From contig CAXBBG010000001.1 of NCBI GenBank assembly GCA_963974105.1, forward strand, positions 445,256-509,255: a stretch of 64,000 nucleotides of DNA. The letters run 5' to 3'. The DNA comes from an uncultured Magnetococcales bacterium (lineage in GTDB: Bacteria; Pseudomonadota; Alphaproteobacteria; UBA2136). Position 1 is the first letter of the stretch, and every line of letters begins with the position of its first letter. Shown piece after piece: positions 39,224-48,778 of the stretch. The notes beneath the pieces were generated by a model. It was not told the origin of the DNA. It worked only from the letters and a program-made list of their open reading frames with translations, and did not search any database. The position numbers were made by a program, and so were the translations under genes.

Positions 39224-41116
39224 TTAGTCATTTTCACTATCATTTAAAGCCTGATACGGACTGTTATGTGATGGTTGATACTCTTTTACAAGTTCTTTTA
39301 ATGTTTGAACAGCAAGAAATTCATTTTGTTGCTGGCAAGCAGCTTCAATTGCAGCTACTTTTTCTTGAGTTTCCTTTTTGGAGAGGCTGTTAGGATTTAC
39401 AAGAAATGTTTTTTCCATGTCTGTTTTTTCCATGCCTTCTTCATTGTACCACAGCTCTTCAAAAAGCTTTTCGCCAGGGCGAAGACCTGTAATCTCAATA
39501 TCAATATCTTCATAAGGCGTTAAACCGCTCAGGCGGATCATCTGCTCAGCAAGGTGCACAATTTTAACACTTTCACCCATATCAAGCATAAACAAATTAC
39601 CACCATGCCCTTTTGCCGCAGCCTGTAGAATAAGCTGTGATGCTTCGGGTATGGTCATAAAGTAACGTGTGGCATCTTTATGGGTTACAGTTAAAGGACC
39701 TCCTTCAATAATTTGTTTTGTAAAAAGAGGGATAACCGAACCGTTAGATCCTAAAACATTACCAAACCTCACAGCTATAATGTCTGTAGATGTATCTTTT
39801 GAAGCGCCTAAGCTATACATTTCTGCGGCACGTTTTGTAGCACCCATCACATTGGTTGGGTTAACAGCTTTGTCGGTTGAAACTATCACCATTTTAGGTA
39901 CGCCAGCTTCAATGGCAGCATTTGTTAAAGTCATTGTACCTAGTAAATTATTTTCAATGCCAGAAATAGGGTTTGCTTCTATCATTGGCACATGTTTATA
40001 AGCGGCGGCGTGAAATATAATGCTAGGCTTGTGTTCTTTTAAAACATTGTTTATGTCGTCTTTATTTTTGATGTCTACTAAAATGCTAGTGCGTTTTATT
40101 TTAGGGTATTTTTTATAAAATTCCATATCAACATGATAAAGAGCGTCTTCGCTGTGATCAAGCAAGAGCATATGTTCTGGGTTATGTTTGACAATTTGTC
40201 TGCAAAGCTCGCGTCCGATAGAGCCACCTGCTCCTGTCACAAGAATTGTTTTATTATTTAATAAATCTGCAATAGAAGAATTGTCTAACTCAACAGTATC
40301 GCGCCCTAAAAGGTCTTCAATTAACACCGGTTTAAGGTCTGTTAATTTATTGCCGTCTTTTAGGTTCGATATTGTAGGTATGCGTTTAACAATTATATTT
40401 TGAGCTGCCGCAATGTCTATGATTTTTTTAAGTACCTCGCCCTTAGCTTCGGCAATGATAAACATTTTCACAGGGAAGCCTTTTTTATCGAGTGAGAGAA
40501 GTGTTTTGGCAAGGTTGTCTAAGGCGCTTAAAACAGGGATACCATGGAAAAGGCGCCCTTTTTGATTATTATCTTCGTCAATTGCGCCAACAATATTAAA
40601 ACGCATTGGTTTTTGACGACGGTTTTCACGCACAAATAAATCGGCTGCATCGTTTACACCGATCAATAAAACATTTTCTTGTGACTTGTGTGAGTTCAGT
40701 GCCGTTTGAAAAACTTTATCATGCCAGAGTCTTAAGAATATACGCGGGCTTGCAGAGACGGCAATTTGCAATAAAGGTAGAATAATAAAGACACTGCGTG
40801 GGAAGTTTTCAAAACCAAGCGTTGTTGATAATATAAAGCCACCAGCAGCTATGGCAAAGACGGTGGCATAGCAAAAGCGCATAAGGTCGCGTGCTGTGGT
40901 ATAGCGCCATATGTTTTTATGCAGGTTAAAGTATACGTAGAAAGCTGCGCATATTACCATGTATACAAGACTGTATATCGTAAATAAAGATATGTTCTGG
41001 CTTGGTATATTGAAGTCATATCTCAGTAAAATGGCACACATCAAAGAAATACCCGCCACAAAGGTGTCAAAAGCTATTGAAATTGCAGGTTTGATAAAGT
41101 GTTTTACGTGAATCAC
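39224..41116 (-). CDS. Membrane-bound UDP-N-acetylhexosamine 4,6-dehydratase (WbpM/PglF/CapD family)
   Basis: Four N-terminal TM helices, a central Rossmann-like domain, and a C-terminal SDR dehydratase domain (VTGAGGSIGRELCRQI...YKHVP). Confidence 0.8.
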   Translation of the reverse strand: MIHVKHFIKPAISIAFDTFVAGISLMCAILLRYDFNIPSQNISLFTIYSLVYMVICAAFYVYFNLHKNIWRYTTARDLMRFCYATVFAIAAGGFILSTTLGFENFPRSVFIILPLLQIAVSASPRIFLRLWHDKVFQTALNSHKSQENVLLIGVNDAADLFVRENRRQKPMRFNIVGAIDEDNNQKGRLFHGIPVLSALDNLAKTLLSLDKKGFPVKMFIIAEAKGEVLKKIIDIAAAQNIIVKRIPTISNLKDGNKLTDLKPVLIEDLLGRDTVELDNSSIADLLNNKTILVTGAGGSIGRELCRQIVKHNPEHMLLLDHSEDALYHVDMEFYKKYPKIKRTSILVDIKNKDDINNVLKEHKPSIIFHAAAYKHVPMIEANPISGIENNLLGTMTLTNAAIEAGVPKMVIVSTDKAVNPTNVMGATKRAAEMYSLGASKDTSTDIIAVRFGNVLGSNGSVIPLFTKQIIEGGPLTVTHKDATRYFMTIPEASQLILQAAAKGHGGNLFMLDMGESVKIVHLAEQMIRLSGLTPYEDIDIEITGLRPGEKLFEELWYNEEGMEKTDMEKTFLVNPNSLSKKETQEKVAAIEAACQQQNEFLAVQTLKELVKEYQPSHNSPYQALNDSEND

Positions 41117-41119
41117 TGG

Positions 41120-42121
41120 TTATTTTCCTTCTAGGTAGCGTATGCGGACGGCTACACTTGCCAGTATAACAAGTGTTATAATAAATAGCGGCATGCCAAG
41201 GTGGGTGAGATGCGCTAAAAGGGCAAAAATCATAAAGAGAAGGTTTAGCACAATGACACGCTTTACAACATCCTCATGGCTCATGCCTACTAAAACAGCG
41301 CGTTGATAAAAATGTTCCTTATGAGCTTGCCATGGTTTTTTGCCATTAAAGGCGCGCTTGATAAGGGTAAATGTGGCATCCACAACAAACACGCTGGTGA
41401 TAATGAGCCCCACCCAAATTTCACCCACAAAGTTAAATTGTAAGTTATAAATAAATAAACCACCTAAAACGAAGCCAAGGTATGTACTGCCAACGTCGCC
41501 CATAAAGATACGGGCAGGGTGCCAATTGAAACGTAAAAAACCAACCATGCAACCAATTATAACAAGCATGATAGGCTTTATTTCAGGCAACAAAATACTC
41601 AACATAAATGCTAGTATAGCTGCCTGAGTTGCCGCAATCCCATCAATGCCATCCATAAAATTGTAAAGGTTTAAAAACCAAACCCAAGCTAAAACAATCA
41701 AAACTTTTTCAATCCAAAAAGGTATAAGACCACCTGACAAGACAGGCAACATAAAGGTGCATATACTTACCATAGCTATATGACAGCTCAAACGCAAAAG
41801 AGGGTTAATATTATGATTGTCATCAAGCCAACCAAGATATGAAATGAAAATGCCACCTAAGAAGAGGGTGTTTAAAAAGCTTAAGTGTGCGCTTGGCTCA
41901 CCTATGTTTAACCAAATTAAAGCGAATATAGAAATAACATTTACAAAACTGTAGCCACCGCCACGAGGTGTTGGCTGTTTATGTGAGCTACGTTTTGTGA
42001 CTTGATCATAAAGTCCTTTGTTAATGCAATGGCGCATGGCTTTACCCGCATAAATAGTGCTAAATGCAAATGCTATAACGACGTATAGGCAGTCCATGGC
42101 ATTGTTAAGAAAATATTCCAA
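41120..42121 (-). CDS. Undecaprenyl-phosphate HexNAc-1-phosphate transferase (WecA/WbpL, MraY-like GT4)
   Basis: Multi-pass membrane protein with MraY/WecA motifs (NLYNFMDGIDGIAA, FMGDVGS). Confidence 0.75.
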   Translation of the reverse strand: MEYFLNNAMDCLYVVIAFAFSTIYAGKAMRHCINKGLYDQVTKRSSHKQPTPRGGGYSFVNVISIFALIWLNIGEPSAHLSFLNTLFLGGIFISYLGWLDDNHNINPLLRLSCHIAMVSICTFMLPVLSGGLIPFWIEKVLIVLAWVWFLNLYNFMDGIDGIAATQAAILAFMLSILLPEIKPIMLVIIGCMVGFLRFNWHPARIFMGDVGSTYLGFVLGGLFIYNLQFNFVGEIWVGLIITSVFVVDATFTLIKRAFNGKKPWQAHKEHFYQRAVLVGMSHEDVVKRVIVLNLLFMIFALLAHLTHLGMPLFIITLVILASVAVRIRYLEGK

Positions 42122-42133
42122 ATTTTTATACCT

Positions 42134-43069
42134 TTAAGTATTTAAGCTTTTTATGAGTTGCTGTATACCTGTTTTAAAGCTTTTTGGTTTAAAATCAAAG
42201 TCTTTTTGTGCTTCTGCATGACTAAAGTCTTTATTCTCGTTCAAACGCAGTAATTGTTCGCCCTTAATTCTTGGTTTATTCGCCAACCATTCGTATGGTT
42301 TGAGCAACCACAAACAAGGCGTTAACGGGATAGATATTATTCTTGTTTTATGCCCAGATTCTTCACAGATTGTACGTACTATATCTTTGAAAGTTAATGG
42401 TTTTTCGCCGCTAATATTATATATTTTATTTTTAGAATGTGGGCTGAAATAAGCGCCAATGAGCGCACTTGCTACATCATCAACGTGGTTAGGCTGTTGT
42501 AATGAATTAGCCGAGCCTGGTACAAATAAAAATGGCCATTTTTGTATATATTTCAACAACCTTTCCATGTTTCTATCGCCCTTTAGGCCATAGATCATGG
42601 TTGGGCGTACAATGGTCCAATTTAAAAGTTTAGAATTTGATATGGTTTTTTCAGCCGCCAAACGCACTTTTTTTGAACTGGCATTAAGCTTTGTAAGAAG
42701 GGCTGTGGTGCTGGTAAAAACACATTTTTTAATCCCCATTTCTTCACAGGCAGTTACAATGTTTCCTGCGTGCCCAAACCCTAAAGATGCAACGTAAATC
42801 ATACCATCTTTACCGCTTAATGCGGCTTTAATGCTTTCAATATCATTTAGATCACCACGTACAATTGTACAATGCCCCGTGTTAATTTCAGGCGCTGTGC
42901 TGTGAGGTCTAAGCATACAAGTTATTTGCACGTCGTCACGTACGTTAAGTTGGTTTAAAACACGACCCCCAGTAAAACCTGTTGACCCAATGAGTAATAT
43001 ATTTTGTTTTGACTCTTTTTTCATGGCGGTAGTATAGCGAATCCCGCTTAAGAGTGCAAAGGTTGACAC
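42134..43069 (-). CDS. NAD-dependent nucleoside-diphosphate-sugar epimerase/reductase (SDR)
   Basis: N-terminal GSTGFTGGRVL Rossmann motif and SDR architecture (WbpV/WbpK-like). Confidence 0.55.
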   Translation of the reverse strand: MSTFALLSGIRYTTAMKKESKQNILLIGSTGFTGGRVLNQLNVRDDVQITCMLRPHSTAPEINTGHCTIVRGDLNDIESIKAALSGKDGMIYVASLGFGHAGNIVTACEEMGIKKCVFTSTTALLTKLNASSKKVRLAAEKTISNSKLLNWTIVRPTMIYGLKGDRNMERLLKYIQKWPFLFVPGSANSLQQPNHVDDVASALIGAYFSPHSKNKIYNISGEKPLTFKDIVRTICEESGHKTRIISIPLTPCLWLLKPYEWLANKPRIKGEQLLRLNENKDFSHAEAQKDFDFKPKSFKTGIQQLIKSLNT

Positions 43070-43093
43070 ATAATAAAAATGACGTATTTTAAA

Positions 43094-44359
43094 TTAAAGT
43101 TTTTCTTTGTGTATTTGGATGGATTTATTGAATATGGACACATACTTTTGAGCAAGCAGGCTATGGCAATAATGCTCGCGTACAAATTTACGCCCTGCAA
43201 TACCCATAGACTCTGCTTTAGCAGGGTTTTCTATAAGTTTTTTGAGTTCTTTTGCTAATATTTCAGGTTGTTCTGGCGGGCAAATAATAGCGCTTTGGCT
43301 GGCACGCAGTATATCTGCAGCTTCTCCATCAAGCATAGCCACAGTGGGTTTTTCGCTGGCCATAATTTCAAACATTTTGGATGGAATGAATGTTTTAAAA
43401 CCAGGGGTGTCTTTAAGAGGGATAAAACAGGCATATGAAAGGTTGTAAAATGTCCATACACGTTCTTTGTCTTGTGCAGGTAAAAACTGAACGTTTGGCA
43501 TGCCCTTAGAGAGGTTTTCTAATCTTTCTTTGTCAGCGCCACCGCCTACAAATAAAAATAAAACGTCGCTTTGGTTTATCATGATACGTGCAGCATCAAT
43601 AATTTGGCCAAGAGCTTGAGATGAACCATGCGTACCAATGTAAAGAAGTACTTTTGTTTGACCTGTAAGCTGTAACTCGCCTTGCAAGCTACTCACCATA
43701 CCGTTTTCTTTTGGTTGGGTCGCTACTTCTAGTTCTTGGTCGTCTACACCATTGGTGATTACGTATAGTTTTGTTGGGTCTATGCCGCGCGAGGCAATAT
43801 CCTTTGCAAAACCTTTAGTGACTGTAACAACAGAAGCTGCGCGCCTGTATAAAAATAGCTCAAGCATTTCAATTGTTTTGAGTAACGTTTCATTTTTAAT
43901 AGTACCAAGCTCCTTAAAAATACCGGGCCAAAGATCGCGCACTTCAAAAACAAAGGGAACGTTCATTTTTTTAGCGAGTAACCATGCGCTGATCACAGCA
44001 AAAAATGAAGGTGAGCTCACCATAATAACATCAGGCTTTTCCAAGACTGTTTTTGCGTGATGCCTTTTTAAGACGTTCCATGCAAATGAAAGATGTGACA
44101 ATGTTTTTTTAATAAACCCATCATTTTTAGTCACATAAAACTTGTGCCTTGCGACAGTGAAGTTATCCATATTTTCAGTACTAAATTTAGGATAATTTTC
44201 ATACCCTTTCATGAACTCGCCAACAGGGTGGTTAGGAACGCTGGTTAAAATAGTGACGTTTTGACCTTGTTTAACCCACGCTTTTGCAAGGCCGTGTAGC
44301 CGCGCAGATGGCGCACCTGGTTCAGGTTTGAAATATTGACAGATAACCCATATGTTCAT
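43094..44359 (-). CDS. Glycosyltransferase family 1 (GT4; WbuB-like)
   Basis: GT-B architecture with the C-terminal GT1 EX7E region (ENLSKGMPNVQFLP...E.M); similar to WbuB-type L-FucNAc/HexNAc transferases. Confidence 0.65.
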   Translation of the reverse strand: MNIWVICQYFKPEPGAPSARLHGLAKAWVKQGQNVTILTSVPNHPVGEFMKGYENYPKFSTENMDNFTVARHKFYVTKNDGFIKKTLSHLSFAWNVLKRHHAKTVLEKPDVIMVSSPSFFAVISAWLLAKKMNVPFVFEVRDLWPGIFKELGTIKNETLLKTIEMLELFLYRRAASVVTVTKGFAKDIASRGIDPTKLYVITNGVDDQELEVATQPKENGMVSSLQGELQLTGQTKVLLYIGTHGSSQALGQIIDAARIMINQSDVLFLFVGGGADKERLENLSKGMPNVQFLPAQDKERVWTFYNLSYACFIPLKDTPGFKTFIPSKMFEIMASEKPTVAMLDGEAADILRASQSAIICPPEQPEILAKELKKLIENPAKAESMGIAGRKFVREHYCHSLLAQKYVSIFNKSIQIHKEKL

Positions 44360-44370
44360 GTGTTTATTTT

Positions 44371-45447
44371 CTATTTTTGTGTATTTATAAGCTCTAACTT
44401 TTCACCAGAGGTAAAGGTAATGGCCTTAATATAGTGGTTGATAACAAGGTCTGTATTGTTTGCTTTAAAGATAATGTCATCATTCGCGCTGAGAGGGTTC
44501 ATAGCCATTGGCCATGACTTTTCCACAATATCACCGACACTCATTATGTCTGTATCTTTAATTGTTACTGTACGTAAGGCTTTCCCATCCTTATCCATAA
44601 AGCTTACCTCTGCGTGGAAATCTTGAATATCTTCTTCACCAGTATTTTCAAATTCTATACGTAATAAAACGCGCTTTCCGCCAAATTCATTTGGTGCAAC
44701 GCCTGAAGATTTTTCAATACTGCGCACGCTTAAAGCGTTTTCCATTCTTGCTAAAATTTCTTTATTTTTAGCGTTTATTATTTTGATACGCAAAGTGTCG
44801 AGTTGTTTAAGTGTGTGACCAAGGTCTTCTACCCCTACAACCTTCCAACCCGATTCTTTTTTAATAAGATTGATTTTTATAGAAGAGCTGAAGTCTAGGT
44901 CTTTACGATAAAAGTTAAAGCTGGTGTGCGCTTTTTCACCGTTCTCTACTGTATCGGTTAAGCCTTTAAAAACAAATTCTTCACCTGCAAGGTCATACCA
45001 TATTTTTTGTAACATAGGTGTGCGGCCATACAAATTTGTAATGTCATATTTTTCAGAAAATGCGCCTTTTTTAACATATTCCAAAATTTGGTTGTTCAGG
45101 CTGTTTGCAAGCTCTGGTTTGATATAGCCTGTGAGTCGGTTACTTAAAGAGTCTCCCAATGTTTTAACCGCACCCCAAAAACCAGTTTCTTCAGTTTGTG
45201 CTGTATCATCTTCTTCAAATACTTCAGTTAAAATGTTTTCTGCAAACAGTTTTGTGTCGACATATTTTTGAAATTTTTCTAGGTCTTGGTTTTGTAAGGC
45301 TTGTAGAGCTAATTCAACAGCGTAAGATGCAGAGTTTAATTTTTGATTTTGATTGTAGGTGTAAAAACCAAAAAGGGCACCTAAGAGGGTTAAAATAAGT
45401 ATAATAACAATGAAGAGATTTTGACGCGAAAATTTAAACATGTTCAA
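44371..45447 (-). CDS. Hypothetical membrane-anchored protein inside the polysaccharide cluster
   Basis: N-terminal TM helix and a 330-aa extracytoplasmic part with no recognisable domain. Confidence 0.3.
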   Translation of the reverse strand: MNMFKFSRQNLFIVIILILTLLGALFGFYTYNQNQKLNSASYAVELALQALQNQDLEKFQKYVDTKLFAENILTEVFEEDDTAQTEETGFWGAVKTLGDSLSNRLTGYIKPELANSLNNQILEYVKKGAFSEKYDITNLYGRTPMLQKIWYDLAGEEFVFKGLTDTVENGEKAHTSFNFYRKDLDFSSSIKINLIKKESGWKVVGVEDLGHTLKQLDTLRIKIINAKNKEILARMENALSVRSIEKSSGVAPNEFGGKRVLLRIEFENTGEEDIQDFHAEVSFMDKDGKALRTVTIKDTDIMSVGDIVEKSWPMAMNPLSANDDIIFKANNTDLVINHYIKAITFTSGEKLELINTQK

Positions 45448-45452
45448 ACCTT

Positions 45453-47195
45453 TTATATAAATTTAATAGCCCACTTGAGGGTGCATGTATTCTGCCTGTA
45501 ATTTCCTTTAATTACAAGCTGTTTTCCGATTAAAAGCTCGCCAAACTGAGGTGCATATTCACTGTGAGCATCGTATAAACGCCCGCCTTTTGCGATAAAT
45601 GATAATTTAACACCTTTTGCTGTGGTGATCTCTGCTTCTTCGTGGTTTAAAATTTTACATTTTACGTCTGGGTGTAGATGGAAATGCGCCAGCACTTTTT
45701 GGTGTTTTTTATTGATGATAATATCTTCACCGCGTATATCAGCACCGTCCTCAGATAAAAATATTTTACGATTATGAGTCGCTTTGATATGCCTGTATCC
45801 GTCATGAGAAGCATCAACACCAATGCCAACATTTTTCTCAGATTTTAAAGTGTATTCGACATTTTCAGGTCTTCTTCCAATGCGAAAGGCTGCCCAAACT
45901 TCAGCGCTATTTTGCGAATCTATACTTACAGTGTTGTGCGAAGAAGTGCCTCTAAAAATATTGCGCTTTTTGTGTTGGTAGGCATAAGTACCACCGTTCA
46001 CGAATATACGTTCAACACCGTGACACATTTCAAAAGATAAGGTGTCGGCATGCCCATGTGCTGGTAAGCTATCGGGACAACATTTGCCAACATCCACCAT
46101 GATCATTGTTTTTTTACGCTCGAGTTTCACGTAGCCAGTTTCTGGCAATTCTTCAGGTGTTGTTTCGCCTGTGCTACAGCGTTTTAAAATGGCGTTTATT
46201 TCTTTTTTATCACCGATACATCCGTCGTTGAATAGAGCAAGTTTTTTGTCTTTATAGCAGAAAAATTCAAGAGCAACTGCCATACGGTCAATAACTTCAG
46301 TTAGTCTTGTGGGTGGTGTTTGACCTGCTTTTAAGATTAAAGCTTGAATATCTAAAAGGTCTTTTAATACATCCACGTGATAGTGTGGGCTTTTTTCGTA
46401 ATGCCCGCCGTCAGGGTTAACTTGAAGGTTTATTTGCTCCAACAAAAGTGTTGTAGCGTCCAAATAAGCTGTTTGCTGGTTGGGTAAGCAAAGGCCGCAA
46501 TATATCATAGCCTTTAGATTTTTAATTAGGTGATTTCCCTCAACATCCCACTCAAGGTTGTGGCCCAAGTGTTCTGACTGTCTTGCAAGGCTTTGGTTAA
46601 AAGTATCTTTAACATCTTTGTGCATACCTTCCGTTAGCCAGTGGTAATGCGTAAGCCAGTTCACAAGGCGTAGAGATAAAGGATAAGGGTGCCATGTCTG
46701 CATATCAAAATGATTGCAGTTCATTAACCAACTCTCTATCAATTCACGTGCCTTTGTTTGCCCTTCATCGCCACATTCTTTAAGATCGGCGAGCCAGTGG
46801 AAATAATGTAGGTTGTATAGCCATAAACTTGAAGTACCTTTTGGATGCCAGCGCATGTCTAAACCTATAGCAACGGCTTGATTGATGAATTCAAAAGTAT
46901 TGTTTTTTAAAATATTTTGACCGTGCTTCTTATTTGCGGTCCATATGTAAGGAGGTGTGACTGATAAATTTTTTGGGGAGACCAACGGATCTTCTAGAAA
47001 AGGATACAAAGGGCTTTTGTAATATAGACAGCGCGTTTTATATTCAAGACGTGCTAAAATTTGAGATACCTTTAAGTATCTGACGGTTCGCAATAAGGCG
47101 CCTATTTGTTCTTTTTTTCCCATAACCTTATTGTATAAACTTTTTATAAAAAATCTCAAGTATTGATGTGTTTCTAGTATGGGTGTCCGTGCCAT
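45453..47195 (-). CDS. Heparinase II/III-like protein (polysaccharide-modifying, alginate-lyase/heparinase superfamily)
   Basis: The N-terminal alpha/alpha-toroid region (WHPYPLSLRLVNW) and C-terminal beta-sandwich (NGGTYAYQ) resemble Hepar_II_III N- and C-terminal domains. It sits next to the WbuB-like GT, as is common in O-antigen clusters. Confidence 0.45.
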   Translation of the reverse strand: MARTPILETHQYLRFFIKSLYNKVMGKKEQIGALLRTVRYLKVSQILARLEYKTRCLYYKSPLYPFLEDPLVSPKNLSVTPPYIWTANKKHGQNILKNNTFEFINQAVAIGLDMRWHPKGTSSLWLYNLHYFHWLADLKECGDEGQTKARELIESWLMNCNHFDMQTWHPYPLSLRLVNWLTHYHWLTEGMHKDVKDTFNQSLARQSEHLGHNLEWDVEGNHLIKNLKAMIYCGLCLPNQQTAYLDATTLLLEQINLQVNPDGGHYEKSPHYHVDVLKDLLDIQALILKAGQTPPTRLTEVIDRMAVALEFFCYKDKKLALFNDGCIGDKKEINAILKRCSTGETTPEELPETGYVKLERKKTMIMVDVGKCCPDSLPAHGHADTLSFEMCHGVERIFVNGGTYAYQHKKRNIFRGTSSHNTVSIDSQNSAEVWAAFRIGRRPENVEYTLKSEKNVGIGVDASHDGYRHIKATHNRKIFLSEDGADIRGEDIIINKKHQKVLAHFHLHPDVKCKILNHEEAEITTAKGVKLSFIAKGGRLYDAHSEYAPQFGELLIGKQLVIKGNYRQNTCTLKWAIKFI

Positions 47196-47254
47196 TTCTG
47201 CACAAAAAAGCCCTCTTGTAAAGGAGGGCTTTTAATAAAGGCTAAATCCTATAT

Positions 47255-48613
47255 TTACCTGTTAGGGTTTAGGTCATTAGCTTCGCTCTCTGGGCTGATT
47301 TCTTTATCGTTACGTAAGATTAGCCAAAGTGCTATTAAACCAACAGTTGCGGCAACAAAAGATCCAAGGAGGATCCCGATTTTAGCTTCACGAAGGAATT
47401 CAACCATATGCACTTGTTGACCCTTATAGCCAAGTGTTGCAATAAATATACTCATTGTAAAACCAATACCCGCAAGCAAGCTAACAGCTGCAACATGCTT
47501 CATATGCATGCCTTTTGGAAGTTTTGCGATTTTAAGTTTTGTAAATACCCAGGTAAATAGAGTAATACCGACAGGTTTACCAATAACAAGCCCTGCAATA
47601 ACACCCAGTGCAACAGGCTCTGCTAGATGTTGTAATGTAATACCGTCAAGGTTTACACCTGCGTTTGCAAAGGCGAATATAGGTAGAACAATAAATGCGA
47701 TAAACGGGTTAAGGTCATGTTCTAGCTGACGTAAAAGTGAACGACGTTCGCCTGGGATTTGTAGTGGTATTGCAAAAGCGGCAATAACACCAGCAAGTGT
47801 TGCATGTATACCAGATTTTAGGACACAGACCCACAAAGCCAAGCCAAGGAGTAGGTACATAGAACCTTTTGATACTTTTGATCGGTTTAAGGCAAATAGA
47901 CCTGCCACAAATACGCCACCCATCAGTAGGTTGCTTATGTCTAGGTTTGATGTGTAGAACATGGCGATAATAACAATAGCACCTAAGTCATCAATAATAG
48001 CAAGTGCGAGTAGGAATACTTTCAGCGCAATTGGTACGCGTTTACCAAGTACTGATAAAATACCAATTGCAAAGGCAATATCAGTTGCTGTTGGTATAGC
48101 CCAGCCATTCATACTTTCTTTAATGCCTGAACCATCATTGATTAAGAAGAATATAAGGCCTGGGAACACCATACCACCAATCGCGGCAATAATAGGTAAT
48201 ATGAGTTGTTCTTTAGTGGAGAGCATACCCTCCATAACCTCTCGTTTTATCTCTAGCCCTACATGGAAGAAGAAAATGGCCATTAATCCGTCATTGATCC
48301 AGTGGATAATGTCTTTTTCAAGTTCAAATGTACCAATGCCTATAACGGCAGTTGTTTCATGTAAGAAGGTCTGGTACGTATGGAATAGTGGTGAGTTTGC
48401 AACAATAAGCGCAAGCCCTGCACAGAATATCAGGATAGCACCACCAGCAGCTTCAAGTTTTAAAAATTCTTGTAGCATTAAAATAGGATTGTAGTAGGGG
48501 TTTGCGTTGTCCGAGTTAGAGGAGTTGGCTTTTTTTGTTGTTTTTGCTACAGATTTTTTTGCTTTAGATGGTTTTTTCGCAGCCGGAATTGTTTTTTTTG
48601 TTTTATTGACCAT
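47255..48613 (-). CDS. nhaA: Na+/H+ antiporter NhaA (possibly with Lys-rich N-terminal extension)
   Basis: NhaA TM core (EAAGGAILIF..., DDLGAIVIIA) is present. The track ORF begins with a 45-aa KTKK/AKK-rich segment, and an alternative start at M46 (48478) would give a canonical NhaA N-terminus. Confidence 0.85.
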   Translation of the reverse strand: MVNKTKKTIPAAKKPSKAKKSVAKTTKKANSSNSDNANPYYNPILMLQEFLKLEAAGGAILIFCAGLALIVANSPLFHTYQTFLHETTAVIGIGTFELEKDIIHWINDGLMAIFFFHVGLEIKREVMEGMLSTKEQLILPIIAAIGGMVFPGLIFFLINDGSGIKESMNGWAIPTATDIAFAIGILSVLGKRVPIALKVFLLALAIIDDLGAIVIIAMFYTSNLDISNLLMGGVFVAGLFALNRSKVSKGSMYLLLGLALWVCVLKSGIHATLAGVIAAFAIPLQIPGERRSLLRQLEHDLNPFIAFIVLPIFAFANAGVNLDGITLQHLAEPVALGVIAGLVIGKPVGITLFTWVFTKLKIAKLPKGMHMKHVAAVSLLAGIGFTMSIFIATLGYKGQQVHMVEFLREAKIGILLGSFVAATVGLIALWLILRNDKEISPESEANDLNPNR

Positions 48614-48778
48614 TCGTTCATACCTATAAAAGTTGAGTTCAATTTTATATATTATTATATATTTAGCTAATATAGCTTACGTGTACTTTATGGGTTGATG
48701 CAAAAGAAGATGTGTTTTTATTCCTGAATTGGCGCATCTACCTTTGTGTGCCATGGTAGATGTGCAACATAAAATGTC

